Of a stretch of DNA of 64,000 nt, positions 36,080 through 44,960 are shown in pieces. The stretch lies in contig MHLM01000012.1 in assembly GCA_001821395.1 (NCBI GenBank), positions 1 through 64,000 of the forward strand, read 5' to 3'. The notes under the pieces are model-generated. The model was not told where the DNA came from and did not search any database. It saw only the letters and a list, made by a program, of their open reading frames with translations. The position numbers and the translations under genes are program-made. Origin of the DNA: Candidatus Lloydbacteria bacterium RIFCSPHIGHO2_02_FULL_50_18. Lineage in GTDB: Bacteria > Patescibacteriota > Minisyncoccia > Phycocordibacterales > UBA6899. The stretch's first letter is position 1, and each line of letters begins with the position of its first letter.

Positions 36080-36442
36080 ATGGCAAAGGATATAAAAATA
36101 CTTCTTGTTGATGACTCAGCTTTTATGCGTAAGGTATTGCGTGACATCTTTGAAAGTGCCGGATATACGAATTTCATAGAGGCGGGAAATGGAACAGAAG
36201 CGATCCAAAAATTCAGAACAGAGAAGCCCGATTTTATCTTTCTTGATATCATCATGCCTGACGTGAACGGTATGGATGTACTTCGTGAGATCGGGAGCGA
36301 AGCGAAGGTCATCGTCGTATCGGCGGTTGGACAAAAGGATGTGATCGAGCAGGCAAAAACACTTGGTGCACTCGATTACATCGTAAAGCCTTTTGATCGT
36401 GATCAGGTGCTCGAAAAGGCCCAGCGGCATTTCGGTCAGTAA
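36080..36442 (+). CDS. cheY: chemotaxis response regulator CheY
   Basis: 120-aa single REC domain KILLVDDSAFMRKVL...DFIFLDIIMPDVNGMDVL...KP with the phospho-acceptor Asp. Confidence 0.85.
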   Translation: MAKDIKILLVDDSAFMRKVLRDIFESAGYTNFIEAGNGTEAIQKFRTEKPDFIFLDIIMPDVNGMDVLREIGSEAKVIVVSAVGQKDVIEQAKTLGALDYIVKPFDRDQVLEKAQRHFGQ

Positions 36443-36456
36443 GTAGCCCGACACGC

Positions 36457-37566
36457 TTGGTCAAATGTTTCATGAATAGTCAACCAACCGAAAAGATCCG
36501 TGTACTTATTGCAGATGATTCTTTTTTTATACGCACCTATCTTCAGGAGGTATTGAAAGCAAGTGAATCGATCGAAGTCGTTGGGCTTGCTTCATCGGGA
36601 ATCGAAGTAGTTGAGTTGGCACGTAAATTAAAACCCCATGTGATCACGATGGATTATCACATGCCGGGAAAAAATGGAATTGAAGCAACCGCAGAGATTA
36701 TGCGTGATGATCACCCGCTTCCGGCAATCATCATGCTTTCTGCTTTCGAGGGGGATGATGGCGAACATGTTCGAAAGACCCTTTTGTCCACCGGTGCCCA
36801 TGTGATCGAAAAACCGTCGGGAGAAGTGTCTCTTGATATAGAAAAGATTGCACGCACTATCGTACAACGGATCGAGGAGGTCGGGTGGACCGAAGTACGC
36901 ATGCGACACTCCTTTGCCCGCATGAAACACACTAGGGAACGAAGCCTAAATGGGCAGGATCGCACACTGCCATTTTCGGGGGTTGTCGTGATCGGTGCGT
37001 CTACCGGTGGGCCATCCTTGGTTGAAGGTTTGATCAAGTCGTTTGATCAGTATCACGGAATTTCGATCGTGATAGTTCAGCACATGTCTGCATATTTTAC
37101 TTCGCTGTTTGCTGAGCGGCTCGGACACGTTACCTCATTCCGTGTTTATGAAGCAAAGAGCGGAGACGTTCTTCTTCCGAACGATGCCCTCGTTGTCCCC
37201 GGTGGTTCTTTTTTGTTACCTACTTCGCTACCGGGTTCCCCGATGTGCAGCTTTGATATTATCGAAAGTGAAACTCATGCACCGGAGGCGCAGATCGACA
37301 ATTCGATGCGCGCGATAGCCGCTTGTTACCAGGGACCAATCGCCGGCGTATTACTTTCCGGAATGGGAAATGACGGAGCCGTCGGACTGCACGCACTGCG
37401 ATTGCGTGGAGGACTTTGTCTTGCGCAGGATCCGGAAACAGCACCGGTGCGTTCTATGCCGGCGCATGCGATTGATAGCGGTGAGGCAGTCGGAGTGCGG
37501 ATAGAGGATATCCCCGAACGTATCATGAGTCATTTTCGTCGACCATCACCGTCACGGCTTGCGTGA
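36457..37566 (+). CDS. cheB: chemotaxis protein-glutamate methylesterase CheB (REC + CheB_methylest)
   Basis: N-terminal REC (IRVLIADDSFFIR). C-terminal VVVIGASTGGPSLVEGLI, HMSAYFT and a GMGNDGAVG-like catalytic region. Confidence 0.85.
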   Translation: MVKCFMNSQPTEKIRVLIADDSFFIRTYLQEVLKASESIEVVGLASSGIEVVELARKLKPHVITMDYHMPGKNGIEATAEIMRDDHPLPAIIMLSAFEGDDGEHVRKTLLSTGAHVIEKPSGEVSLDIEKIARTIVQRIEEVGWTEVRMRHSFARMKHTRERSLNGQDRTLPFSGVVVIGASTGGPSLVEGLIKSFDQYHGISIVIVQHMSAYFTSLFAERLGHVTSFRVYEAKSGDVLLPNDALVVPGGSFLLPTSLPGSPMCSFDIIESETHAPEAQIDNSMRAIAACYQGPIAGVLLSGMGNDGAVGLHALRLRGGLCLAQDPETAPVRSMPAHAIDSGEAVGVRIEDIPERIMSHFRRPSPSRLA

Positions 37567-39250
37567 TATAATCAACCATATGCCGTTGAACATGAATAAG
37601 TATAAGGATCTCTTCTGCGCGGAAGCAGAGGAGCAGCTTGCAATACTCTCTCGTTTATTGCTTGTGCTTGAGAAATCAACAAACCACATGGAATACCATG
37701 AGGAGTTAATGCGCAGCGCACACACCATCAAGGGTGCCGCTGCGACAATGGGGTATGCTTCAATGGCAGAACTTGCTCATGCGGTTGAAGATATTTTTCA
37801 TGCAGCCGAGCGGGGTGCCCTTGTGGTTGATACACGGATCATTACACTATTGCTCTCAGCGATCGACCTCATGACGCATTCACTCGCCTCGATCAAGAGT
37901 AGTGACGTTGAACTTCCCAGTAAGGAAGTTGTTGATAAATTGAAAAAAATTCTTGAAGAAAATGCCGGTGTACAGACCGTTGTTCCGCAAGAAAAAACCG
38001 GTACTGATGTTCAGCAATTGCATATCGTCACTCCGGATACCATCAAGGTTAGTGTCGAAAAACTCGATACATTAATGGGGCTATTTGAGGAAATGTTGAT
38101 GCTCAGACTGAAGGCAAATTCAATGATCGAGCCTGCTGTGGAATTTGTTCGGACGACGACTGACCCTGTATTGAAGCAGCAATTATTCTTCATTGCCGAG
38201 CTCGAGGCATTGTTTGCAGAACTTGCGCGGCTCATGACTGAGCATCAAGACGCTCTTCTTGCTATTCGCCTCGTTCCCCTTGAACAGATCTTCGGCCAGT
38301 TCCCTCGTATGGTGAGGGATCTGTCGGTGCGAGAAGAAAAAGCGATCGAATTTTTTGTTGAAGGTGGAGATATCGCCTTAGACCGTACCGTGATCGAGGG
38401 CCTTGGCGGTGCACTAGCGCATCTTCTTCGCAATGCGGTCGACCACGGGATCGTTTCACGTGGAACAATATCTCTTTCGGCGGTAAGGGAAAAGGGACGC
38501 GTACGGATCTTTGTGGAGGATTCGGGCGCCGGGATCGATTATGGGCGGGTCAAAGAGGTGGCAACGGCTCAAGGGGTAGGCACGAGTGAAGAGATCGCAC
38601 TTATGGGAAACGAACAGCTCGCAGAATTATTGTTTCATCAAAATATGTCGACCAACAAAGTGGTGACGGATATTTCGGGAAGAGGAGTTGGTCTTGCTGC
38701 GGTGCGCGGGTTTGCTGAGGATGTCGGAGGACGCGTTGAAGTCATTTCTCCCATTCCGGAAATAGGGAAGGGGACCCGCTTTGTTCTTGATCTTCCGATC
38801 TCTCTTGCAACAGTGCGCGTGCTCGTCGTGCAAGCACGAGGGTACACATTTGCGATACCTTTCGATCATGTCATTAAAACACTTCACTTTGAAACGCGGG
38901 AGGTCGGTGACGCGGCGCATCAGGAAACACTTTTTCTCGACGGGACATTGTTGCCGCTGATGCATCTCGATAAAATTCTCAAACTATCATACGGTTCCGC
39001 TCCATCTCCGGAACATTCTCGAACCGCGGTGTTGATCCGAACGGGAGAGAAAACATTTCTTCTCGAAGTAGATGCGTGCACGGGTGAACAAGACCTATTG
39101 ATCAAATCGCTTCCTCCGGTTCTCCGTAATAATAAGGGATTTTCAGGCTCAGCGCTTCTCCCGGACGGACGAACAATATTATTACTCGATGGCCATGGTT
39201 TACTCATACAAGCAATAGACGATATACTGAACACCCAATCATTATCTTAA
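37559..39250 (+). CDS. cheA: chemotaxis histidine kinase CheA
   Basis: HPt motif HTIKGAAATMGY, HATPase_c HLLRNAVDHGI ... GRGVGLAAV, and a C-terminal CheW-like domain. Confidence 0.85.
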   Translation: MRDIINHMPLNMNKYKDLFCAEAEEQLAILSRLLLVLEKSTNHMEYHEELMRSAHTIKGAAATMGYASMAELAHAVEDIFHAAERGALVVDTRIITLLLSAIDLMTHSLASIKSSDVELPSKEVVDKLKKILEENAGVQTVVPQEKTGTDVQQLHIVTPDTIKVSVEKLDTLMGLFEEMLMLRLKANSMIEPAVEFVRTTTDPVLKQQLFFIAELEALFAELARLMTEHQDALLAIRLVPLEQIFGQFPRMVRDLSVREEKAIEFFVEGGDIALDRTVIEGLGGALAHLLRNAVDHGIVSRGTISLSAVREKGRVRIFVEDSGAGIDYGRVKEVATAQGVGTSEEIALMGNEQLAELLFHQNMSTNKVVTDISGRGVGLAAVRGFAEDVGGRVEVISPIPEIGKGTRFVLDLPISLATVRVLVVQARGYTFAIPFDHVIKTLHFETREVGDAAHQETLFLDGTLLPLMHLDKILKLSYGSAPSPEHSRTAVLIRTGEKTFLLEVDACTGEQDLLIKSLPPVLRNNKGFSGSALLPDGRTILLLDGHGLLIQAIDDILNTQSLS

Positions 39251-39255
39251 GTATT

Positions 39256-39921
39256 ATGCCATCACTATTTCAACTCACAGAAAATGATAATGACCAGTTA
39301 CGAGAACTTGTAAATATCGGAGTTTCGCATGCCGGAGACACGTTGTCTTTGATGATGGGGAAACATATCACGGTAAGTATTCCGGGGATATCCGTACAAA
39401 GCGCATCCACTACGCTCTGTTTGCCGCAAGGTGATGAGGATCTCACCGTCTCAGTGTTGCTCCGCGTATACGGGTTAATTAATGGATATGTCTTTTTGTT
39501 TTTTCCGCGCACTGCCGCTCTCCGCTTGCTGCAAGTACTTTCAGGAAAGAGTATCAGCGATGTGCGCGCACTCGATCGATTCGACCGGTCAATATTTCAA
39601 GAACTAGGAAACGTGATCACCGGCGGTACGTTGAACGGACTATCAAAATTTCTCCACATCGAGATGCTTCACTCCGTCCCCAACGTTGTCGTGGATATGA
39701 GTGGTGCAATATTCAATTCCTTATCAGCATCGATGGTGAAGCAGCACGAGGAATTTCTTTCTCTTGATGTTTCGATCTGCATCGATTCTCCATCGAGCTC
39801 TGCTGTGTGTGTTGATAGCGAGGCCTCCGCTGCGCGCATGTATCTTTTTATGGGACCGGATGCCGTGGAGAGGATCCTTGCGATCACCAATGCGATGATC
39901 GGCAAAAAAAATGACCTATGA
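39256..39921 (+). CDS. cheC: CheC-family CheY-P phosphatase
   Basis: Two CheC-type motifs (NIGVSHAGDTLSLMMG and ELGNVITGGTLNGLS). Confidence 0.65.
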   Translation: MPSLFQLTENDNDQLRELVNIGVSHAGDTLSLMMGKHITVSIPGISVQSASTTLCLPQGDEDLTVSVLLRVYGLINGYVFLFFPRTAALRLLQVLSGKSISDVRALDRFDRSIFQELGNVITGGTLNGLSKFLHIEMLHSVPNVVVDMSGAIFNSLSASMVKQHEEFLSLDVSICIDSPSSSAVCVDSEASAARMYLFMGPDAVERILAITNAMIGKKNDL

Positions 39922-40406
39922 GCAATACTATCGAAATACGGATTGCTGAGCTTTTTGTTGGTGATCAGTCGAATGTCATCATCACAAAGGGGGTCGGCTC
40001 ATGTATCGTGATCGTCCTCTATGATCGCCTCGTGCGCATCGGAGGGATGGCACATGCGATACTTCCAGAAGCGAGCATCGAGCATGCAGAGGTTGGTGTG
40101 CATGTGGATTTAGGAAAACGATTTGTGAAGTATGCGGATCTTGCAGTGGACACATTGATCGCTGATATGGAGTCATTGGGTGGAACACGGCAGCATCTTG
40201 TCGCAAAATTGATCGGAGGTGCGCATATGTTTGCGTTGCTTGAAGGTGATACGTTTGGTATCGGGTGGGAAAATACAGAAAGTGCACGCGCGCGATTGGT
40301 CCACCATGGAATACCGATTGAAACGGAGGTGGTAGGCGGAACGGTCGGTCGGAATGTACGTCTTGATTGTGCAACAGGCATCGTCGAGATTATCACGAAG
40401 GTTTAA
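39918..40406 (+). CDS. cheD: chemoreceptor glutamine deamidase CheD
   Basis: GVGSCIVIVLYDRLVRIGGMAHAILP matches the CheD catalytic Cys/His region. 4-nt overlap with cheC. Confidence 0.8.
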   Translation: MSNTIEIRIAELFVGDQSNVIITKGVGSCIVIVLYDRLVRIGGMAHAILPEASIEHAEVGVHVDLGKRFVKYADLAVDTLIADMESLGGTRQHLVAKLIGGAHMFALLEGDTFGIGWENTESARARLVHHGIPIETEVVGGTVGRNVRLDCATGIVEIITKV

Positions 40407-40454
40407 CCTGAAGGTATCCTCAGTCAACTCACGCTTCATTGAATTTTATCTATT

Positions 40455-40994
40455 TTGCTATACACTGGGCAAATGCTCATCCGTCGTAACCCACTAACCC
40501 TTTTGTCCTTTGTGCTGTTCGTTATTGCTCTCTACTCTGCGGGCATGCTTTCTTCTTCAGCTCGTGTTACACATGAAACAACGATCCCCGAAAACCTTTT
40601 TTCTGTGAAACAGGGTGTTACTCAGGATGGAACGGTGTCTATTTCCGAGGTTTCACGGGTTCCCGCCGTCCCGATCTTTCTAAAGAGTGCGAATCATCCA
40701 CGAACACTGCGAGCATTTGTCGGACCAAGTCAGGGTGACAAAGCATCACTTTTTATAGAGTCGGTACTACCGCGTGGCTATTTTGTTATTTCAGGAGGTT
40801 ATACTGTTTCACAAGATTTCCCGACACTTTTATGGAATAACGCAGTGACACTTCAGTTTTACGGAACAAAAGAGAACAACGAGCAGCTCTACCGTATTCG
40901 TCTTAACGTGCATGCACTTACGGTTGATGCTTTGCCCGTTGATCCGACAGCAACCAGTAGCGATCCGACGGGGTATCGTGTGACGCCGGATTAA
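40455..40994 (+). CDS. hypothetical membrane-anchored protein
   Basis: 179 aa with N-terminal TM LTLLSFVLFVIALYSAGML. Confidence 0.5.
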   Translation: MLYTGQMLIRRNPLTLLSFVLFVIALYSAGMLSSSARVTHETTIPENLFSVKQGVTQDGTVSISEVSRVPAVPIFLKSANHPRTLRAFVGPSQGDKASLFIESVLPRGYFVISGGYTVSQDFPTLLWNNAVTLQFYGTKENNEQLYRIRLNVHALTVDALPVDPTATSSDPTGYRVTPD

Positions 40995-40998
40995 TACT

Positions 40999-41652
40999 AT
41001 GTCCGATATTCACCTTTGTTCCGATGCAGGATCAAAAAAAGCACGCGCGCTGTGCATGCTACGCAATCTGAAACTCCTGTTTCCTGACGCAAAAATGTTT
41101 TTGCAATTCAGCAACAATTGGGAGCTGCTCGTAGCCGTCGAGCTATCAGCACAATGCACCGATAAGAAGGTGAACGAGATCACCCCGGCGTTGTTTCAGA
41201 AGTATCCGACACTTGAGGACTACATTCGCGCCAAGCCAGTCGAGTTCGAACAAATGATCTTTCAGTCAGGATTTTATCGCAATAAGACGAAAAATATTCT
41301 CGCGGCGGCAAAAATAATTCACGATAAATTTGGGGGAAAAATTCCAAAAACAATGACGGAAATGTTATCGATTCCCGGCGTGGCAAGAAAGACCGCCAAT
41401 GTCGTATTGGGAAATGCGTATGGAATTGTGGAGGGTGTTGCTGTTGATACGCACGTGAAACGATTGGCATCTGTACTCGGTCTTTCTTCAGAAAAAGATC
41501 CGAATAAGATCGAGAAAGACCTCATGGCATTATTTCCAAAAAAAGAGTGGTTTTATCTTACCTATCTTTTGATTGAATTTGGTCGCACCTATTGCCCGGC
41601 GCGTAAACATGACCATGATGCATGCCGGGTACTTCTTGGTCTTAAGCATTGA
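40999..41652 (+). CDS. nth: endonuclease III (HhH-GPD DNA glycosylase)
   Basis: LVAVELSAQCTD and the HhH motif IPGVARKTANVVLGNAYG. The C-terminal region has Cys residues. Confidence 0.8.
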   Translation: MSDIHLCSDAGSKKARALCMLRNLKLLFPDAKMFLQFSNNWELLVAVELSAQCTDKKVNEITPALFQKYPTLEDYIRAKPVEFEQMIFQSGFYRNKTKNILAAAKIIHDKFGGKIPKTMTEMLSIPGVARKTANVVLGNAYGIVEGVAVDTHVKRLASVLGLSSEKDPNKIEKDLMALFPKKEWFYLTYLLIEFGRTYCPARKHDHDACRVLLGLKH

Positions 41653-41662
41653 GTAATAATAA

Positions 41663-43006
41663 TTATTTTACGAGATTGATGAGGGAAAGCAGTTCAAGCT
41701 TTTTGTCTTCCAGTATCATCGATGTATCACCCTCAATATTTAATCGTACAAGAGGTTCGGTGTTTGATGCGCGGAGAGAAAACCACCAATTGGGATAACT
41801 GATTTTGATACCGTCTAATGTGTCAAGTTTACCATCAGCATATTTTTCTTTCGTGATTGTAAAAAGTGCAGCAGAATTTTTTATTGCGAAATTCAATTCC
41901 CCGGAGTGTGCATAGCGACTGACATGTTGCACGAGTTCAGAAAGTTTTTTTCCTGATGACGCCATTATGTTCATTATGAGGATTGCGGGAAGTGCCCCCA
42001 TTTCTGCCGCATATCCGTTTTCCGTAAAATAATAATGGCCTGAAAGTTCTCCTGCAAATACTGCTCCTGTTTCGCGCATGTGCTTTTTAATATTTGCATG
42101 ACCAACCATGCATTCTTTCGCGATTCCACCTGCGGCTTCGATCTCTTCTTTTACTGTGCGCGATGAGCGAAGATCATAAAGTATTGTTGCACCTGGATGA
42201 CGTCGCAATACTTCCGGTGCAATGATCGCGGTGATGAGGTCCATCGGGACAGGATTTCCAAGTTCGTCGACAAAGCCAACACGGTCGGCATCACCATCAA
42301 ACGCAACTCCCATATCCGCCTTTTTTTCTTTTACTAGAAGAGAGAGTTCCTCGAGTGTTTCTGTGTTGAGAGGATTTGCTTCATGGGGGCACGTACCGGG
42401 AGCTTCTAGTGTGTCGTAAAGTGAGCCTACAATTTCAATATTTTTAATCTGATGAAAAATTGGAAGCTCAAGTACTCCCATTGCGTGAGCAGGGTCAAAT
42501 GCAAGTCGAAAATTCATGTCATGCAGATCCGCGAATGATAATAAAAAACTGTGATAGTCCGCAGTGATGGAGCGAGTCGTCATATTCCCCCTCTCCCCGT
42601 CTTTTTTAAAATTGGACTTCATCATGATGTCGCGAATGTCACTCAGCCCACTGTTGAGACCAAGCGGTATCGCATTTTCTTGACAGATCTTTAGTCCATT
42701 ATATTGACCTGGATTGTGTGATGCGGTAATCATTACGGCTCCATCAACAGAAAGGGTTGCTGATGCAAAATAGAGCATAGGAGTGGACACAAGTCCGAGG
42801 TCGATAATCGTACAGCCCTCATCCATCGCACCCCTGGTGAATGCGTCAAATAAAGAAGGGGAGGAGTCACGATTGTCACGTCCTACCGCAAGTGATTTTG
42901 CTCTTAGTTTTATAACCGTTGCGTGCCCGATTTTCTCGATAATTTCCTCGTTTAATTCTGAAGGATAAACGCCACGAATGTCATAGGATTTAAAGATATT
43001 GGTCAT
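41663..43006 (-). CDS. phosphoglucomutase/phosphomannomutase family protein
   Basis: Active-site loop TASHNPGQYNGLK and the Mg-binding FDGDADRVGFVDE. Confidence 0.85.
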   Translation of the reverse strand: MTNIFKSYDIRGVYPSELNEEIIEKIGHATVIKLRAKSLAVGRDNRDSSPSLFDAFTRGAMDEGCTIIDLGLVSTPMLYFASATLSVDGAVMITASHNPGQYNGLKICQENAIPLGLNSGLSDIRDIMMKSNFKKDGERGNMTTRSITADYHSFLLSFADLHDMNFRLAFDPAHAMGVLELPIFHQIKNIEIVGSLYDTLEAPGTCPHEANPLNTETLEELSLLVKEKKADMGVAFDGDADRVGFVDELGNPVPMDLITAIIAPEVLRRHPGATILYDLRSSRTVKEEIEAAGGIAKECMVGHANIKKHMRETGAVFAGELSGHYYFTENGYAAEMGALPAILIMNIMASSGKKLSELVQHVSRYAHSGELNFAIKNSAALFTITKEKYADGKLDTLDGIKISYPNWWFSLRASNTEPLVRLNIEGDTSMILEDKKLELLSLINLVK

Positions 43007-43088
43007 ACAACCATTATATCGTTGTTTGGATATTGTAAAAGTTGTGCTTGTTGTCTCTCTGCCTTCAATCTGCTAGGATGTGCTCATT

Positions 43089-43159
43089 GCGGGATTAGTT
43101 TAGTGGCAAAATAGGAGTTTTCCAAACTCTTGTCGCCGGTTCGATTCCGGCATCCCGCA
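43089..43159 (+). tRNA. tRNA-Gly (anticodon TCC)
   Basis: Acceptor GCGGGAT/ATCCCGC, anticodon stem GGAGT/ACTCT with loop TTTCCAA, T-arm GCCGG-TTCGATT-CCGGC. Confidence 0.75.
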
Positions 43160-43434
43160 CAGAAATGAGATTCAAAGAGCGCATTACTGCGCTCTTTGTA
43201 TTTTTGTGAACCACAGCGATGTTTCGCCAGCGGGTGAAACTGCAGGGTGGGGCCACGAATACTTACATTTTTTGTGCGAGTAGCTATAAAAAATCTAGTG
43301 ATTCGTGATCTGGGATACGAAACACTACCGATAGATGGTTGTTTTGTATGTGCGCGGAAGGCTGCCAGAATGACTTGGTCAGGGCTAAATCGGAAGGTTC
43401 TTCGACAACGACCGACTAATTTTTTCTTGTAACA

Positions 43435-44004
43435 GTGTTGCACGTATGGCGATGTCGGTTATATAGTATGTTCATGCCAAAAAAAGAAAAGATCGGAAGC
43501 GACGGATATTCTGAGGAAATTTATGACGCTAAGCGTAATGAGCTTGAGGAGCTGGGAATTGCTTATCAGCCCCCGTCTCCGGAGCGAAATTCCGATGAAG
43601 AGTGGAAATCGCTCAACGATGAGGTCTCGCATGAGGCAAAGAAGATCATCGCAACACTCGATCGACTGAGTGCAAACGCAAAACGACTTGCCGAAAAAGA
43701 TGAGTTACATCGTGAATATCTTGGGCTGGTTCCGAGAGTAGAAGAGGCAAGAGAGGAGATCAAAAAAACTCTTGCAGAGGTTTCTGACACCGCCTCATTT
43801 GGGGTGGTGCGCGAGGCGGGGGAAGTACTGCGGATGGGCGATGAGCTTGAGGATGTATTACAAAGTGAATCGCCGGTTCAGCCGCGTTCACTCGTCAGAA
43901 TGCTTATCGAGGAGTTTTTAAATGCAAAAAAATACGTGTTGGGAAAATTGCGAAAGTGGCTCGGTTTGCAGCATCGGTATGGTGATCCGCTGCCTCCCGC
44001 TTGA
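43435..44004 (+). CDS. hypothetical charged helical protein (start probably at MFMPKK, 43471)
   Basis: 189-aa ORF, Glu/Lys-rich, followed by a strong terminator. Confidence 0.5.
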   Translation: MLHVWRCRLYSMFMPKKEKIGSDGYSEEIYDAKRNELEELGIAYQPPSPERNSDEEWKSLNDEVSHEAKKIIATLDRLSANAKRLAEKDELHREYLGLVPRVEEAREEIKKTLAEVSDTASFGVVREAGEVLRMGDELEDVLQSESPVQPRSLVRMLIEEFLNAKKYVLGKLRKWLGLQHRYGDPLPPA

Positions 44005-44021
44005 CGAATGCTTCTTGTACT

Positions 44022-44049
44022 AAAAAACCCGCCATAAGGCGGGTTTTTT
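44022..44049. terminator. bidirectional rho-independent terminator between the convergent genes 43435-44004 and hup
   Basis: AAAAAACCCGCC-ATAA-GGCGGGTTTTTT. Confidence 0.65.
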
Positions 44050-44070
44050 AGTGTATGTTTGATTCACTGC

Positions 44071-44346
44071 TTATTCCTTGACGGCGTCCTTGAGTGCCTT
44101 TGCGGGGCGGAACTTAGGAACGCGCATTGCTGCGACCTTGATGGCCTCACCTGTGCGTGGATTGCGCGCAGTGCGTGCAGCACGAGTCTTCACGGACCAG
44201 ATGCCGAGGCCGGCAACCGAGACCTCGTCGCCCTTCTTGAGGGCTCCGGTGATCGTCTCGATCATCGTCTCAACAGCCTGCTCTGCAGCGACCTTTGTGC
44301 CGCCGAGCTTTTCGTGGACTGCCTCAACTATTGACTGCTTGTTCAT
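44071..44346 (-). CDS. hup: DNA-binding protein HU
   Basis: MNKQSIVEAVHEKLGGTKVAAEQAVETMIETITGALKKGDEVSVAGLGIWSVKTRAARTARNPRTGEAIKV with the HU/IHF arm motif. Confidence 0.9.
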   Translation of the reverse strand: MNKQSIVEAVHEKLGGTKVAAEQAVETMIETITGALKKGDEVSVAGLGIWSVKTRAARTARNPRTGEAIKVAAMRVPKFRPAKALKDAVKE

Positions 44347-44510
44347 CGTTTTCTGATTAGCAGATGCTAATAAATCTTTGTTATGTACGATCACTCGCAA
44401 TAACCCTGCATGCAGAGGTTTCTAGCCTCTATATATATTATATAGGAGCGGTACTTTCGCGCAACAGAGCCATTATTTTGCGGTGGATAACGGAATAAGT
44501 GTCAAAATAT

Positions 44511-44545
44511 TGACAAACATAAAGCAATATGCTAAAATATGACTA
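44511..44545 (+). promoter_or_regulatory. strong sigma70-type promoter (TTGACA-17-TAAAAT)
   Basis: TTGACAAACATAAAGCAATATGCTAAAATAT. Confidence 0.5.
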
Positions 44546-44546
44546 C

Positions 44547-44708
44547 GAGTGCGATCTCAGAAAATTGAGGAAAGAGTGAATCAAGAAATTTTTTACTCCA
44601 TGTCACTTCTCTTCAGCAGTATTAAGGATTTAATGGGTAATTATGCCCAGTCAGTAGTATAAAAAAGAGCAGCATTCCCGAAAAACCGCTAGACAAAGCG
44701 GTTTTTCA
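44547..44708 (+). ncRNA. candidate small non-coding RNA (about 160 nt) bracketed by a consensus promoter and an intrinsic terminator
   Basis: No ORF longer than 19 codons and no ribosome-binding site. It ends with GAAAAACCGCT-AGACAA-AGCGGTTTTTC. Identity unknown. Confidence 0.35.
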
Positions 44709-44713
44709 ACACA

Positions 44714-44744
44714 TTGACAAATCGCCCAAATCAGGTACAATCAC
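44714..44744 (+). promoter_or_regulatory. second sigma70-type promoter (TTGACA-16-TACAAT)
   Basis: TTGACAAATCGCCCAAATCAGGTACAATC, upstream of the micro-ORF at 44771. Confidence 0.4.
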
Positions 44745-44770
44745 TGTAGGTCATGTAGATGGAGACATCC

Positions 44771-44875
44771 ATGGGAAACAACTGGATTGGATATTTGGCG
44801 ATAGGGTTTGTGGCATTGGTCGTGTGTTTTGGCGCTTGGGAGGCCTGGCGCGCATATCAGAAAAGACCGCGATAG
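44771..44875 (+). CDS. candidate 34-aa hydrophobic micro-protein
   Basis: GGAGACATCC then ATG. It encodes MGNNWIGYLAIGFVALVVCFGAWEAWRAYQKRPR, a single TM helix. It is below the ORF-track size cutoff. Confidence 0.3.
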   Translation: MGNNWIGYLAIGFVALVVCFGAWEAWRAYQKRPR

Positions 44876-44960
44876 AATCTGGAGGAGCAGAAGCCGCTCG
44901 ACTGAGTGGCTTTTTTTATGCAGTATTCTTACTCCCTACCTACTACTTGATGCACTTTAA

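Noticed and set aside
43084-43443. 119-aa minus-strand ORF
   Set aside because: Overlaps tRNA-Gly(TCC) antisense and has low-complexity Arg/Cys content. Likely non-coding.
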